The notes below the pieces were generated by a model. That model had not been told where the DNA came from. It did no database searches and was given only the letters and a program-made list of their open reading frames with translations. Positions 1 to 11,249 of a stretch of 64,000 nucleotides of DNA are shown here, piece by piece (within the stretch, counting starts at the first letter, position 1; every line of letters starts with the position of its first letter). Origin of the DNA: Eledone cirrhosa (lineage: Eukaryota); the NCBI GenBank assembly GCA_964016885.1, contig OZ024744.1, forward strand, positions 127,844,001 through 127,908,000, read 5' to 3'. The position numbers were made by a program, and so were the translations under genes.

Positions 1-3000
1 GGGGCAAGTTAAGTTGGGGTTAAGTTAAGTTGGGGTTAAGTTAAGTTGGGGTTAAGTTAAGTTAGGGTCAATTTCAGTTGGGGTTATGTTAAGTTGGGGT
101 TAAGTTAAGTTGGGGTTAAGTTAAGTTGGGGGTAAGTTAAGTGGGGTGTAAGTTAAGTTGGGGTTAAGTTAAGTTGGGGTTCAGTTCAGTGGGGGTTAAG
201 TTAAGTTGGGGTTAAGTTAAGCTGGGGGTAAGTTAAGTTGGGTGTAAGTTAAGTTGGGGTTAAGTTAAGTTGGGGTTAAGTTAAGTTGGGGGTTAGTTAA
301 GTTGGGGGCAAGTTAAGTTGGGGTTAATTTAAGTTGGGGTTAAGTTAAGTTGGGGTTATGTTAAGTTGGGGTTAAGTTAAGTTGGCGTTAAGTTAAGTTG
401 GGGGTGAGTTAAGTTGGGGTTAAGTTAAGTTGGGGGTAAGTTAAGTTGAGGGTAAGTTAAGTTGGGGTTAAGTTAAGTTGGGGTTAAATTAAGTTGAGGT
501 TAAGTTAAGTTGGGGTTAAGTTAAATTGGGGTTAATTTAAGTTGGGGGTAAGTTAAGTTGGGGCTAAGTTAAGTTGGGGCTAAGTCAAGTTGGGGTTAAG
601 TCAAGTTGAGGTTAACTTAAGTTGGGGTTATGTTAAGTTGGGGTTAAGTTGGGGCTAAGTTAAGTTGGGGCTGAGTTAAGTTGGGGTTAAGTTAAGTTGG
701 GGTTGAGTTAAGTTGGGGTTAAGTTAAGTTGGGATTAAGTTAAGTTGGGGTTAAGTTAAGTTCGGCTTGAGTTAAGTTGGGGTTAAGTTAAGTTGGGGTT
801 AATTTAAGTTGGGGTTAAGTTAAGTTGGGGTTAAGATAAGTTGGGGTTAAGTTAAGTTGGGGTTAAGTTAAGTTGGGGCTAAGTTAAGTTGGGGTTTACT
901 TAAGTTGGGGTTAAGTTGGGGTTAAGTTAAGTTGGGGTTAAGTTAAGTTGGGGGTAGGTTAAGTTGGGGGCAAGTTAAGTTGGGGTTAACTTAAGTTGGG
1001 GTTAAGTTAAGTTGGGTTTAAGTTAAGTTGGGGCTAAGTTAAGTTGGGGTTAAGTTAAGTTGGGGTTAAGATAAGTTGGGGTTAAGTTAAGTTGGGGTTA
1101 ATTTAAGTTGGGGTTGAGTTAATTTGTGTTTAAGTTAAGTTGGGCTTAACTTAAGTTGGGGTTAAGTTAAGTTGGGGTTAAGTTAAGTTGGAGTTAAGGT
1201 AAGTTGGGGTTAAGTTAAGTTGGAGCTAAGTTAAGTTGGGGCTAAGTTAAGTTGGGGCTGAGTTAAGTTGGGGTTAAGTTGGGGTTGAGTTAAGTTGGGG
1301 TTAAGTTAAGTTGGGATTAAGTTAAGTTGGGGTTAAGTTAAGTTGGGGTTAAGATAAGTTGGGGTTAAGTTAAGTTGGGGTTAAGTTAAGTTGGGGTTGA
1401 GTTAATTTGGGGTTAAGTTAAGTTGGGGTTAACTTAAGTTGGGGTTAAGTTAAGTCGGGGTTAAGTTAAGTTGGGGGTAAGTTAAGTTGGGGGCAAGTTG
1501 AGTTGGGGTTGAGTTAAATTGGGGTTAAGTTAAGGTGGGGGTAAGTTAAGTTGGGGGTAAGTTAAGTTGGGGTTAAGTTAAGTTGGGGGTAAGTTAAGTT
1601 GGGGTTAAGTTAAGTTGGGTTTAAGTTAAGTTGGGGCTAAGTTAAGTTGGGTCTAAGTTAAGTTGGGGCTGAGTTAAGTTGGGGTTAAGTTAAGTTGGGG
1701 TTGAGTTAAGTTGGGGTTAACTTAAGTTGGGGTTAAGTTGGGGTTAAGTTAAGCTGGGGTTAAGTTAAGTTGGGGGTTAGTTAAGTTGGGGGCAAGTTAA
1801 GTTGGGGTTAATTTAAGTTGGGGTTAAGTTAAGTTGGGGTTATGTTAAGTTGGGGTTAAGTTAAGTTGGGGTTAAGTTAAGTTGGGGGTAAGTTAAGTTG
1901 GGGTTAAGTTAAGTTGGGGGTAAGTTAAATTGGGGGTAAGTTAAGTTGGGGTTAAGTTAAGTTGGGGTTAAATTAAGTTGGGGGTAAGTTAAGTTGGGGG
2001 TAAGTTAAGTTGGGGTTAAGTTAAGTTGGGGTTAAATTAAGTTGAGGTTAAGTTAAGTTGGGGTTAAGTTAAGTTGGGGTTAAGTTAAGTTGGGTTTAAG
2101 TTAAGTTGGGGCTAAGTTAAGTTGGGTCTAAGTTAAGTTGGGGCTGAGTTAAGTTGGGGTTAAGTTAAGTTGGGGTTGAGTTAAGTTGGGGTTAACTTAA
2201 GTTGGGGTTAAGTTGGGGTTAAGTTAAGCTGGGGTTAAGTTAAGTTGGGGGTTAGTTAAGTTGGGGGCAAGTTAAGTTGGGGTTAATTTAAGTTGGGGTT
2301 ATGTTAAGTTGGGGTTAAGTTAAGTTGGGGTTAAGTTAAGTTGGGGGTAAGTTAAGTTGGGGTTAAGTTAAGTTGGGGGTAAGTTAAATTGGGGGTAAGT
2401 TAAATGGGGTTAAGTTAAGTTGGGGTTGAGTTAATTTGGGGTTAAGTTAAGTTGGGGTTAACTTAAGTTGGGGTTAAGTTGGGGTTAAGTTAAGTTGAGG
2501 TTAAGTTAAGTTGGGGGTAGGTTAAATTGGGGGCAAGTTAAGTTGGGGTTAAGTTAAGTTGGGGTTAAGTTAAGTTGGGGGTAAGTTAAGTTGGGGTTAA
2601 GTTAAGTTGGGGCTAAGTTAAGTTGGGGCTGAGTTAAGTTGGGGTTAAGTTAAGTTGGGGTTGAGTTAAGTTGGGGTTATGTTAAGTTAGGGTTGAGTTA
2701 AGTTGGGGTTGAGTTAAGTTGGGGTTGAGTTAAGTTGGGGTTAAGTTACGTTGGCGTTAAGTTAAGTTGGGGTTAAGTTAATTTGCGGTTAAGTTAGGTT
2801 GTGGGTTATGTTAAGTTGGGGTTAAGTTAAGCTGGGGTTAAGTTGGGGTAAGTTAAGTTGGGGTTAAGTTAAGTTGGGGGTAGGTTAAGTTGGGGGCAAG
2901 TTAAGTTGGGGTTAAGTTAAGTTGGGGTTAAGTTAAGTTGGGTTTAAGTTAAGTTGGGGCTAAGTTAAGTTGGGGCTAAGTTAAGTTGGGGCTGAGTTAA

Positions 3001-6000
3001 GTTGGGGTTAAGTTAAGTTGGGGTTGAGTTAAGTTGGGGTTATGTTAAGTTAGGGTTGAGTTAAGTTGGGGTTGAGTTAAGTTGGGGTTGAGTTAAGTTG
3101 GGGTTAAGTTAAGTTGGCGTTAAGTTAAGTTGGGGTTAAGTTAAGTCGGGGTTAAGTTAATTTGCGGTTAAGTTAGGTTGTGGGTTAAGTTAAGTTGGGG
3201 TTAAGTTAAGCTGGGGTTAAGTTGGGGTAAGTTAAGTTGGGGGTAAGTTAAGTTGGGGTTAAGTTAAGTTGGGGTTAAGTTAAGTTGGGGTTAAGTTAAG
3301 TTGGGGTTAAGTTAAGTTGGGGTTGAGTTAAGTTGGGGTTGAGTTAAGTTGGGGTTAAGTTAAGTTGGGGTTAAGTTAAGTTGGGGTTAAGTTAAGTTGG
3401 GGTTAAGTTAAGTTGGGGGTAAGTTAAGTTGGGGTTAAGTTAATTTGCGGTTAAGTTAGGTTGTGGGTTAAGTTAAGTTGGGGTTAAGTTAAGCTAGGGT
3501 TAATTTGGGGTAAGTTAAGTTGGGGTTAAGTTAAGTTGGGGTTAAGTTAAGTTGGGGTTAAGTTAAGTTGGGGGTAAGTTAAGTTGGGGGCAAGTTAAGT
3601 TGGGGTTAAGTTAAGTTGGGGTTAAGTTGGGGCTAAGTTAAGTTGGGGCTGAGTTAATTTGGGGTTAAGTTAAGTTGGGGTTGAGTTAAGTTGGGGTTAA
3701 GTTAAGTTGGGATTAAGTTAAGTTGGGGTTAAGTTGGGGTTAAGTTAAGTTGGGGTTAAGTTAAGTTGGGGGTAGGTTAAGTTGGGGGCAAGTTAAGTTG
3801 GGGTTAAGTTAAGTTGGGGTTAAGTTAAGTTGGGTTTAAGTTAAGTTGGGGCTAAGTTAAGTTGGGGCTAAGTTAAGTTGGGGCTGAGTTAAGTTGGGGT
3901 TAAGTTAAGTTGGGGTTGAGTTAAGTTGGGGTTATGTTAAGTTAGGGTTGAGTTAAGTTGGGGTTGAGTTAAGTTGGGGTTGAGTTAAGTTGGGGTTAAG
4001 TTAAGTTGGCGTTAAGTTAAGTTGGGGTTAAGTTAAGTTGGGGTTAAGTTAATTTGCGGTTAAGTTAGGTTGTGGGTTAAGTTAAGTTGGGGTTAAGTTA
4101 AGCTGGGGTTAAGTTGGGGTAAGTTAAGTTGGGGTTAAGTTAAGTTGGGGTTAAGTTAAGTTGGGGTTAAGTTAAGTTGGGGTTAAGTTAAGTTTGGGTT
4201 AAGTTAAGTTGGGGTTAAGTTAAGTTAGGGTTAAGTTAAGTTGGGGTTGAGTTAAGTTGGGGTTGAGTTAAGTTGGGGTTAAGTTAAGTTGGGGTTAAGT
4301 TAAGTTGGGGTTAAGTTAAGTTGGGGTTAAGTTAAGTTGGGGGTAAGTTAAGTTGGGGGCAAGTTAAGTTGGGGTTAAGTTAAGTTGGGGTTAAGTTAAG
4401 TTGGGGTTAAGTTAAGTTAGGGTCAATTTCAGTTGGGGTTATGTTAAGTTGGGGTTAAGTTAAGTTGGGGTTAAGTTAAGTTGGGGGTAAGTTAAGTGGG
4501 GTGTAAGTTAAGTTGGGGTTAAGTTAAGTTGGGGTTCAGTTCAGTTGGGGTTAAGTTAAGTTGGGGTTAAGTTAAGCTGGGGGTAAGTTAAGTTGGGTGT
4601 AAGTTAAGTTGGGGTTAAGTTAAGTTGGGGTTAAGTTAAGTTGGGGGTTAGTTAAGTTGGGGGCAAGTTAAGTTGGGGTTAATTTAAGTTGGGGTTAAGT
4701 TAAGTTGGCGTTAAGTTAAGTTGGGGGTAAGTTAAGTTGGGGTTAAGTTAAGTTGGGGGTAAGTTAAGTTGAGGGTAAGTTAAGTTGGGGTTAAGTTAAG
4801 TTGGGGTTAAATTAAGATGGGGGTAAGTTAAGTTGGGAGTAAGTTAAGTTGGGGTTAAGTTAAGTTGGGGTTAAATTAAGTTGAGGTTAAGTTAAGTTGG
4901 GGTTAAGTTAAATTGGGGTTAATTTAAGTTGGGGGTAGAGATAAGTTGGGGCTAAGTTAAGTTGGGGCTAAGTCAAGTTGGGGTTAAGTCAAGTTGAGGT
5001 TAACTTAAGTTGGGGTTATGTTAAGTTGGGGTTAAGTTGGGGCTAAGTTAAGTTGGGGCTGAGTTAAGTTGGGGTTAAGTTAAGTTGGGGTTGAGTTAAG
5101 TTGGGGTTAAGTTAAGTTGGGATTAAGTTAAGTTGGGGTTAAGTTAAGTTCGGCTTGAGTTAAGTTGGGGTTAAGTTAAGTTGGGGTTAATTTAAGTTGG
5201 GGTTAAGTTAAGTTGGGGTTAAGATAAGTTGGGGTTAAGTTAAGTTGGGGTTAAGTTAAGTTGGGGTTGAGTTAATTTGGGGTTAAGTTAAGTTGGGGTT
5301 TACTTAAGTTGGGGTTAAGTTGGGGTTAAGTTAAGTTGGGGTTAAGTTAAGTTGGGGGTAGGTTAAGTTAGGGGCAAGTTAAGTTGGGGTTAAGTTAAGT
5401 TGGGGTTAAGTTAAGTTGGGTTTAAGTTAAGTTGGGGCTAAGTTAAGTTGGGGTTAAGTTAAGTTGTGGTTAAGATAAGTTGGGGTTAAGTTAAGTTGGG
5501 GTTAATTTAAGTTGGGGTTGAGTTAATTTGTGTTTAAGTTAAGTTGGGCTTAACTTAAGTTGGGGTTAAGTTAAGTTGGGGTTAAGTTAAGTTGGAGTTA
5601 AGGTAAGTTGGGGTTAAGTTAAGTTGGAGCTAAGTTAAGTTGGGGCTAAGTTAAGTTGGGGCTGAGTTAAGTTGGGGTTAAGTTGGGGTTGAGTTAAGTT
5701 GGGGTTAAGTTAAGTTGGGATTAAATTAAGTTGGGGTTAAGTTAAGTTGGGGTTAAGATAAGTTGGGGTTAAGTTAAGTTGGGGTTAAGTTAAGTTGGGG
5801 TTGAGTTAATTTGGGGTTAAGTTAAGTTGGGGTTAACTTAAGTTGGGGTTAAGTTAAGTTGGGGTTAAGTTAAGTTGGGGGTAAGTTAAGTTGGGGGCAA
5901 GTTGAGTTGGGGTTGAGTTAAATTGGGGTTAAGTTAAGGTGGGGGTAAGTTAAGTTGGGGGTAAGTTAAGTTGGGGTTAAGTTAAGTTGGGGGTAAGTTA

Positions 6001-6800
6001 AGTTGGGGTTAAGTTAAGTTGGGGCTAAGTTAAGTTGGGTCTAAGTTAAGTTGGGGCTGAGTTAAGTTGGGGTTAAGTTAAGTTGGGGTTGAGTTAAGTT
6101 GGGGTTAACTTAAGTTGGGGTTAAGTTGGGGTTAAGTTAAGCTGGGGTTAAGTTAAGTTGGGGGTTAGTTAAGTTGGGGGCAAGTTAAGTTGGGGTTAAT
6201 TTAAGTTGGGGTTAAGTTAAGTTGGGGTTATGTTAAGTTGGGGTTAAGTTAAGTTGGGGTTAAGTTAAGTTGGGGGTAAGTTAAGTTGGGGTTAAGTTAA
6301 GTTGGGGGTAAGTTAAATTGGGGGTAAGTTAAATGGGGTTAAGTTAAGTTGGGGTTGAGTTAATTTGGGGTTAAGTTAAGTTGGGGTTAACTTAAGTTGG
6401 GGTTAAGTTGGGGTTAAGTTAAGTTGAGGTTAAGTTAAGTTGGGGGTAGGTTAAATTGGGGGCAAGTTAAGTTGGGGTTAAGTTAAGTTGGGGTTAAGTT
6501 AAGTTGGGGGTAAGTTAAGTTGGGGTTAAGTTAAGTTGGGGCTAAGTTAAGTTGGGGCTGAGTTAAGTTGGGGTTAAGTTAAGTTGGGGTTGAGTTAAGT
6601 TGGGGTTATGTTAAGTTAGGGTTGAGTTAAGTTGGGGTTGAGTTAAGTTGGGGTTGAGTTAAGTTGGGGTTAAGTTACGTTGGCGTTAAGTTAAGTTGGG
6701 GTTAAGTTAAGTTGGGGTTAAGTTAATTTGCGGTTAAGTTAGGTTGTGGGTTATGTTAAGTTGGGGTTAAGTTAAGCTGGGGTTAAGTTGGGGTAAGTTA
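1..6800 (+). repeat. Higher-order duplication: block ~1-2800 recurs at ~4350-6800
   Basis: Shared rare markers: TTAGGGTCA 62/4417 (offset 4355), TTCGGC 761/5149 (4388), AATTTGTGTT 1121/5525 (4404), AAATGGGG 2402/6331 (3929). Confidence 0.85.
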
Positions 6801-9800
6801 AGTTGGGGGTAAGTTAAGTTGGGGTTAAGTTAAGTTGGGGTTAAGTTAAGTTGGGGTTGAGTTAAGTTGGGGTTGAGTTAAGTTGGGGTTAAGTTAAGTT
6901 GGGGTTAAGTTAAGTTGGGGTTAAGTTAAGTTGGGGTTAAGTTAAGTTGGGGGTAAGTTAAGTTGGGGGCAAGTTAAGTTGGGGTTAAGTTAAGTTGGGG
7001 TTAAGTTAAGTTAGGGTTAATTTCAGTTGGGGTTATGTTAAGTTGGGGTTAAGTTAAGTTGGGGTTAAGTTAAGTTGGGGGTAAGTTAAGTGGGGTGTAA
7101 GTTAAGTTGGGGTTAAGTTAAGTTGGGGTTTAGTTCAGTTGGGGTTAAGTTAAGTTGGGGTTAAGTTAAGCTGGGGGTAAGTTAAGTTGGGTGTAAGTTA
7201 AGTTGGGGTTAAGTTAAGTTGGGGTTAAGTTAAGTTGGGGGTTAGTTAAGTTGGGGGCAAGTTAAGTTGGGGTTAATTTAAGTTGGGGTTAAGTTAAGTT
7301 GGGGTTATGTTAAGTTGGGGTTAAGTTAAGTTGGGGTTAAGTTAAGTTGGGGGTAAGTTAAGTTGGGGTTAAGTTAAGTTGGGGGTAAGTTAAGTTGAGG
7401 GTAAGTTAAGTTGGGGTTAAGTTAAGTTGGGGTTAAATTAAGATGGGGGTAAGTTAAGTTGGGGGTAAGTTAAGTTGGGGTTAAGTTAAGTTGGGGTTAA
7501 ATTAAGTTGAGGTTAAGTTAAGTTGGGGTTAAGTTAAATTGGGGTTAATTTAAGTTGGGGGTAAGATAAGTTGGGGCTAAGTTAAGTTGGGGCTAAGTCA
7601 AGTTGGGGTTAAGTCAAGTTGAGGTTAACTTAAGTTGGGGTTATGTTAAGTTGGGGTTAAGTTGGGGCTAAGTTAAGTTGGGGCTGAGTTAAGTTGGGGT
7701 TAAGTTAAGTTGGGGTTGAGTTAAGTTGGGGTTAAGTTAAGTTGGGATTAAGTTAAGTTGGGGTTAAGTTAAGTTCGGCTTGAGTTAAGTTGGGGTTAAG
7801 TTAAGTTGGGGTTAATTTAAGTTGGGGTTAAGTTAAGTTGGGGTTAAGATAAGTTGGGGTTAAGTTAAGTTGGGGTTAAGTTAAGTTGGGGTTGAGTTAA
7901 TTTGGGGTTAAGTTAAGTTGGGGTTTACTTAAGTTGGGGTTAAGTTGGGGTTAAGTTAAGTTGGGGTTAAGTTAAGTTGGGGGTAGGTTAAGTTGGGGGC
8001 AAGTTAAGTTGCGGTTAAGTTAAGTTGGCGTTAAGTTAAGTTGGGTTTAAGTTAAGTTGGGGCTAAGTTAAGTTGGGGCTAAGTTAAGTTGGGGCTGAGT
8101 TAAGTTGGGGTTAAGTTAAGTTGGGGTTGAGTTAAGTTGGGGTTATGTTAAGTTAGGGTTGAGTTAAGTTGGGGTTGAGTTAAGTTGGGGTTGAGTTAAG
8201 TTGGGGTTAAGTTAAGTTGGCGTTAAGTTAAGTTGGGGTTAAGTTAAGTTGGGGTTAAGTTAATTTGCGGTTAAGTTAGGTTGTGGGTTAAGTTAAGTTG
8301 GGGTTAAGTTAAGCTGGGGTTAAGTTGGGGTAAGTTAAGTTGGGGGTAAGTTAAGTTGGGGTTAAGTTAAGTTGGGGTTAAGTTAAGTTGGGGTTAAGTT
8401 AAGTCGGAGTTGAGTTAAGTTGGGGTTGAGTTAAGTTGGGGTTAAGTTAAGTCGGGGTTAAGTTAAGTTGGGGTTAAGTTAAGTTGGGGTTAAGTTAAGT
8501 TGGGGGTAAGTTAAGTTGGGGTTAACTTAATTTGCGGTTAAGTTAGGTTGTGGGTTAAGTTAAGTTGGGGTTAAGTTAAGCTAGGGTTAAGTTGGGGTAA
8601 GTTAAGTTGGGGTTAAGTTAAGTTGGGGTTAAGTTAAGTTGGGGGTAAGTTAAGTTGGGGGCAAGTTAAGTTGGGGTTAAGTTAAGTTGGGGTTAAGTTG
8701 GGGCTAAGTTAAGTTGGGGCTGAATTAATTTGGGGTTAAGTTAAGTTGGTGTTGAGTTAAGTTGGGGTTAAGTTAAGTTGGGATTAAGTTAAGTTGGGGT
8801 TAAGTTAAGTTCGGCTTGAGTTAAGTTCGGCTTGAGTTAAGTTGGGGTTAATTTAAGTTGGGGTTAAGTTAAGTTGGGGTTAAGATAAGTTGGGGTTAAT
8901 TTAAGTTGGGGTTAAGTTAAGTTGGGGTTGAGTTAATTTGGGGTTAAGTTAAGTTGGGGTTAACTTAAGTTGGGGTTAAGTTGGGGTTAAGTTAAGTTGG
9001 GGTTAAGTTAAGTTGGGGGTAGGTTAAGTTGGGGGCAAGTTAAGTTGGGGTTAAGTTAAGTTGGGGTTAAGTTAAGTTGGGTTTAAGTTAAGTTGGGGCT
9101 AAGTTAAGTTGGGGCTAAGTTAAGTTGGGGCTGAGTTAAGTTGGGGTTAATTTAAGTTGGGGTTGAGTTAAGTTGGGGTTATGTTAAGTTAGGGTTGAGT
9201 TAAGTTGGGGTTGAGTTAAGTTGGGGTTGAGTTAAGTTGGGGTTAAGTTAAGTTGGCGTTAAGTTAAGTTGGGGTTAAGTTAAGTTGGGGTTAAGTTAAT
9301 TTGCGGTTAAGTTAGGTTGTGGGTTAAGTTAAGTTGGGGTTAAGTTAAGCTGGGGTTAAGTTGGGGTAAGTTAAGTTGGGGTTAAGTTAAGTTGGGGTTA
9401 AGTTAAGTTGGGGGTAAGTTAAGTTGGGGGCAAGTTAAGTTGGGGTTAAGTTAAGTTGGGGTTAAGTTAAGTTGGGGTTAAGTTAAGTTAGGGTTAATTT
9501 CAGTTGGGGTTATGTTAAGTTGGGGTTAAGTTAAGTTGGGGGTAAGTTAAGTGGGGTGTAAGTTAAGTTGGGGTTAAGTTAAGTTGGGGTTCAGTTCAGT
9601 TGGGGTTAAGTTAAGTTGGGGTTAAGTTAAGCTGGGGGTAAGTTAAGTTGGGTGTAAGTTAAGTTGGGCTTAAGTTAAGTTGGGGTTAAGTTAAGTTGGG
9701 GGTTAGTTAAGTTGGGGGCAAGTTAAGTTGGGGTTAATTTAAGTTGGGGTTAAGTTAAGTTGGGGTTATGTTAAGTTGGGGTTAAGTTACGTTGGCGTTA

Positions 9801-11120
9801 AGTTAAGTTGGGGTTAAGTTAAGTTGGGGTTAAGTTAATTTGCGGTTAAGTTAGGTTGTGGGTTAAGTTAAGTTGGGGTTAAGTTAAGCTGGGGTTAAGT
9901 TGGGGTAAGTTAAGTTGGGGGTAAGTTAAGTTGGGGTTAAGTTAAGTTGGGGTTAAGTTAAGTTGGGGTTAAGTTAAGTTGGGGTTAAGTTAAGTTGGGG
10001 TTGAGTTAAGTTGGGGTTGAGTTAAGTTGGGGTTAAGTTAAGTTGGGGTTAAGTTAAGTTGGGGTTAAGTTAAGTTGGGGTTAAGTTAAGTTGGGGGTAA
10101 GTTAAGTTGGGGGCAAGTTAAGTTGGGGTTAAGTTAAGTTGGGTTTAAGTTAAGTTAGGGTTAATTTCAGTTGGGGTTATGTTAAGTTGGGGTTAAGTTA
10201 AGTTGGGGTTAAGTTAAGTTGGGGGTAAGTTAAGTGGGGTGTAAGTTAAGTTGGGGTTAAGTTAAGTTGGGGTTTACTTAAGTTGGGGTTAAGTTGGGGT
10301 TAAGTTAAGTTGGGGTTAAGTTAAGTTGGGGGTAGGTTAAGTTAGGGGCAAGTTAAGTTGGGGTTAAGTTAAGTTGGGGTTAAGTTAAGTTGGGTTTAAG
10401 TTAAGTTGGGGCTAAGTTAAGTTGGGGTTAAGTTAAGTTGTGGTTAAGATAAGTTGGGGTTAAGTTAAGTTGGGGTTAATTTAAGTTGGGGTTGAGTTAA
10501 TTTGTGTTTAAGTTAAGTTGGGCTTAACTTAAGTTGGGGTTAAGTTAAGTTGGGGTTAAGTTAAGTTGGAGTTAAGGTAAGTTGGGGTTAAGTTAAGTTG
10601 GAGCTAAGTTAAGTTGGGGCTAAGTTAAGTTGGGGCTGAGTTAAGTTGGGGTTAAGTTGGGGTTGAGTTAAGTTGGGGTTAAGTTAAGTTGGGATTAAAT
10701 TAAGTTGGGGTTAAGTTAAGTTGGGGTTAAGATAAGTTGGGGTTAAGTTAAGTTGGGGTTAAGTTAAGTTGGGGTTGAGTTAATTTGGGGTTAAGTTAAG
10801 TTGGGGTTAACTTAAGTTGGGGTTAAGTTAAGTTGGGGTTAAGTTAAGTTGGGGGTAAGTTAAGTTGGGGGCAAGTTGAGTTGGGGTTGAGTTAAATTGG
10901 GGTTAAGTTAAGGTGGGGGTAAGTTAAGTTGGGGGTAAGTTAAGTTGGGGTTAAGTTAAGTTGGGGGTAAGTTAAGTTGGGGTTAAGTTAAGTTGGGGCT
11001 AAGTTAAGTTGGGTCTAAGTTAAGTTGGGGCTGAGTTAAGTTGGGGTTAAGTTAAGTTGGGGTTGAGTTAAGTTGGGGTTAACTTAAGTTGGGGTTAAGT
11101 TGGGGTTAAGTTAAGCTGGG
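5295..11120 (+). repeat. Dispersed copy: ~5295-6150 recurs at ~10269-11120 (offset 4974)
   Basis: GGGGTTTACTTAAG 5295/10269, AATTTGTGTT 5525/10499 and GGGATTAAATT 5717/10691 all give offset 4974. Confidence 0.85.
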
Positions 11121-11249
11121 GTTAAGTTAAGTTGGGGTTAAATTGAGTTGGGGGTAAGTTAAGTTGGGGGTAAGTTAAGTTGGGGTTAAGTTAAGTTGGG
11201 GTTAAATTAAGTTGAGGTTAAGTTACGTTGGGGTTAAGTTAAGTTGGGG

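Noticed and set aside
614-623. Palindrome AACTTAAGTT (recurrent TTAAC variant) as operator, terminator or hairpin
   Set aside because: It arises from a single G-to-C change in the monomer, and there is no gene context to support a regulatory role.
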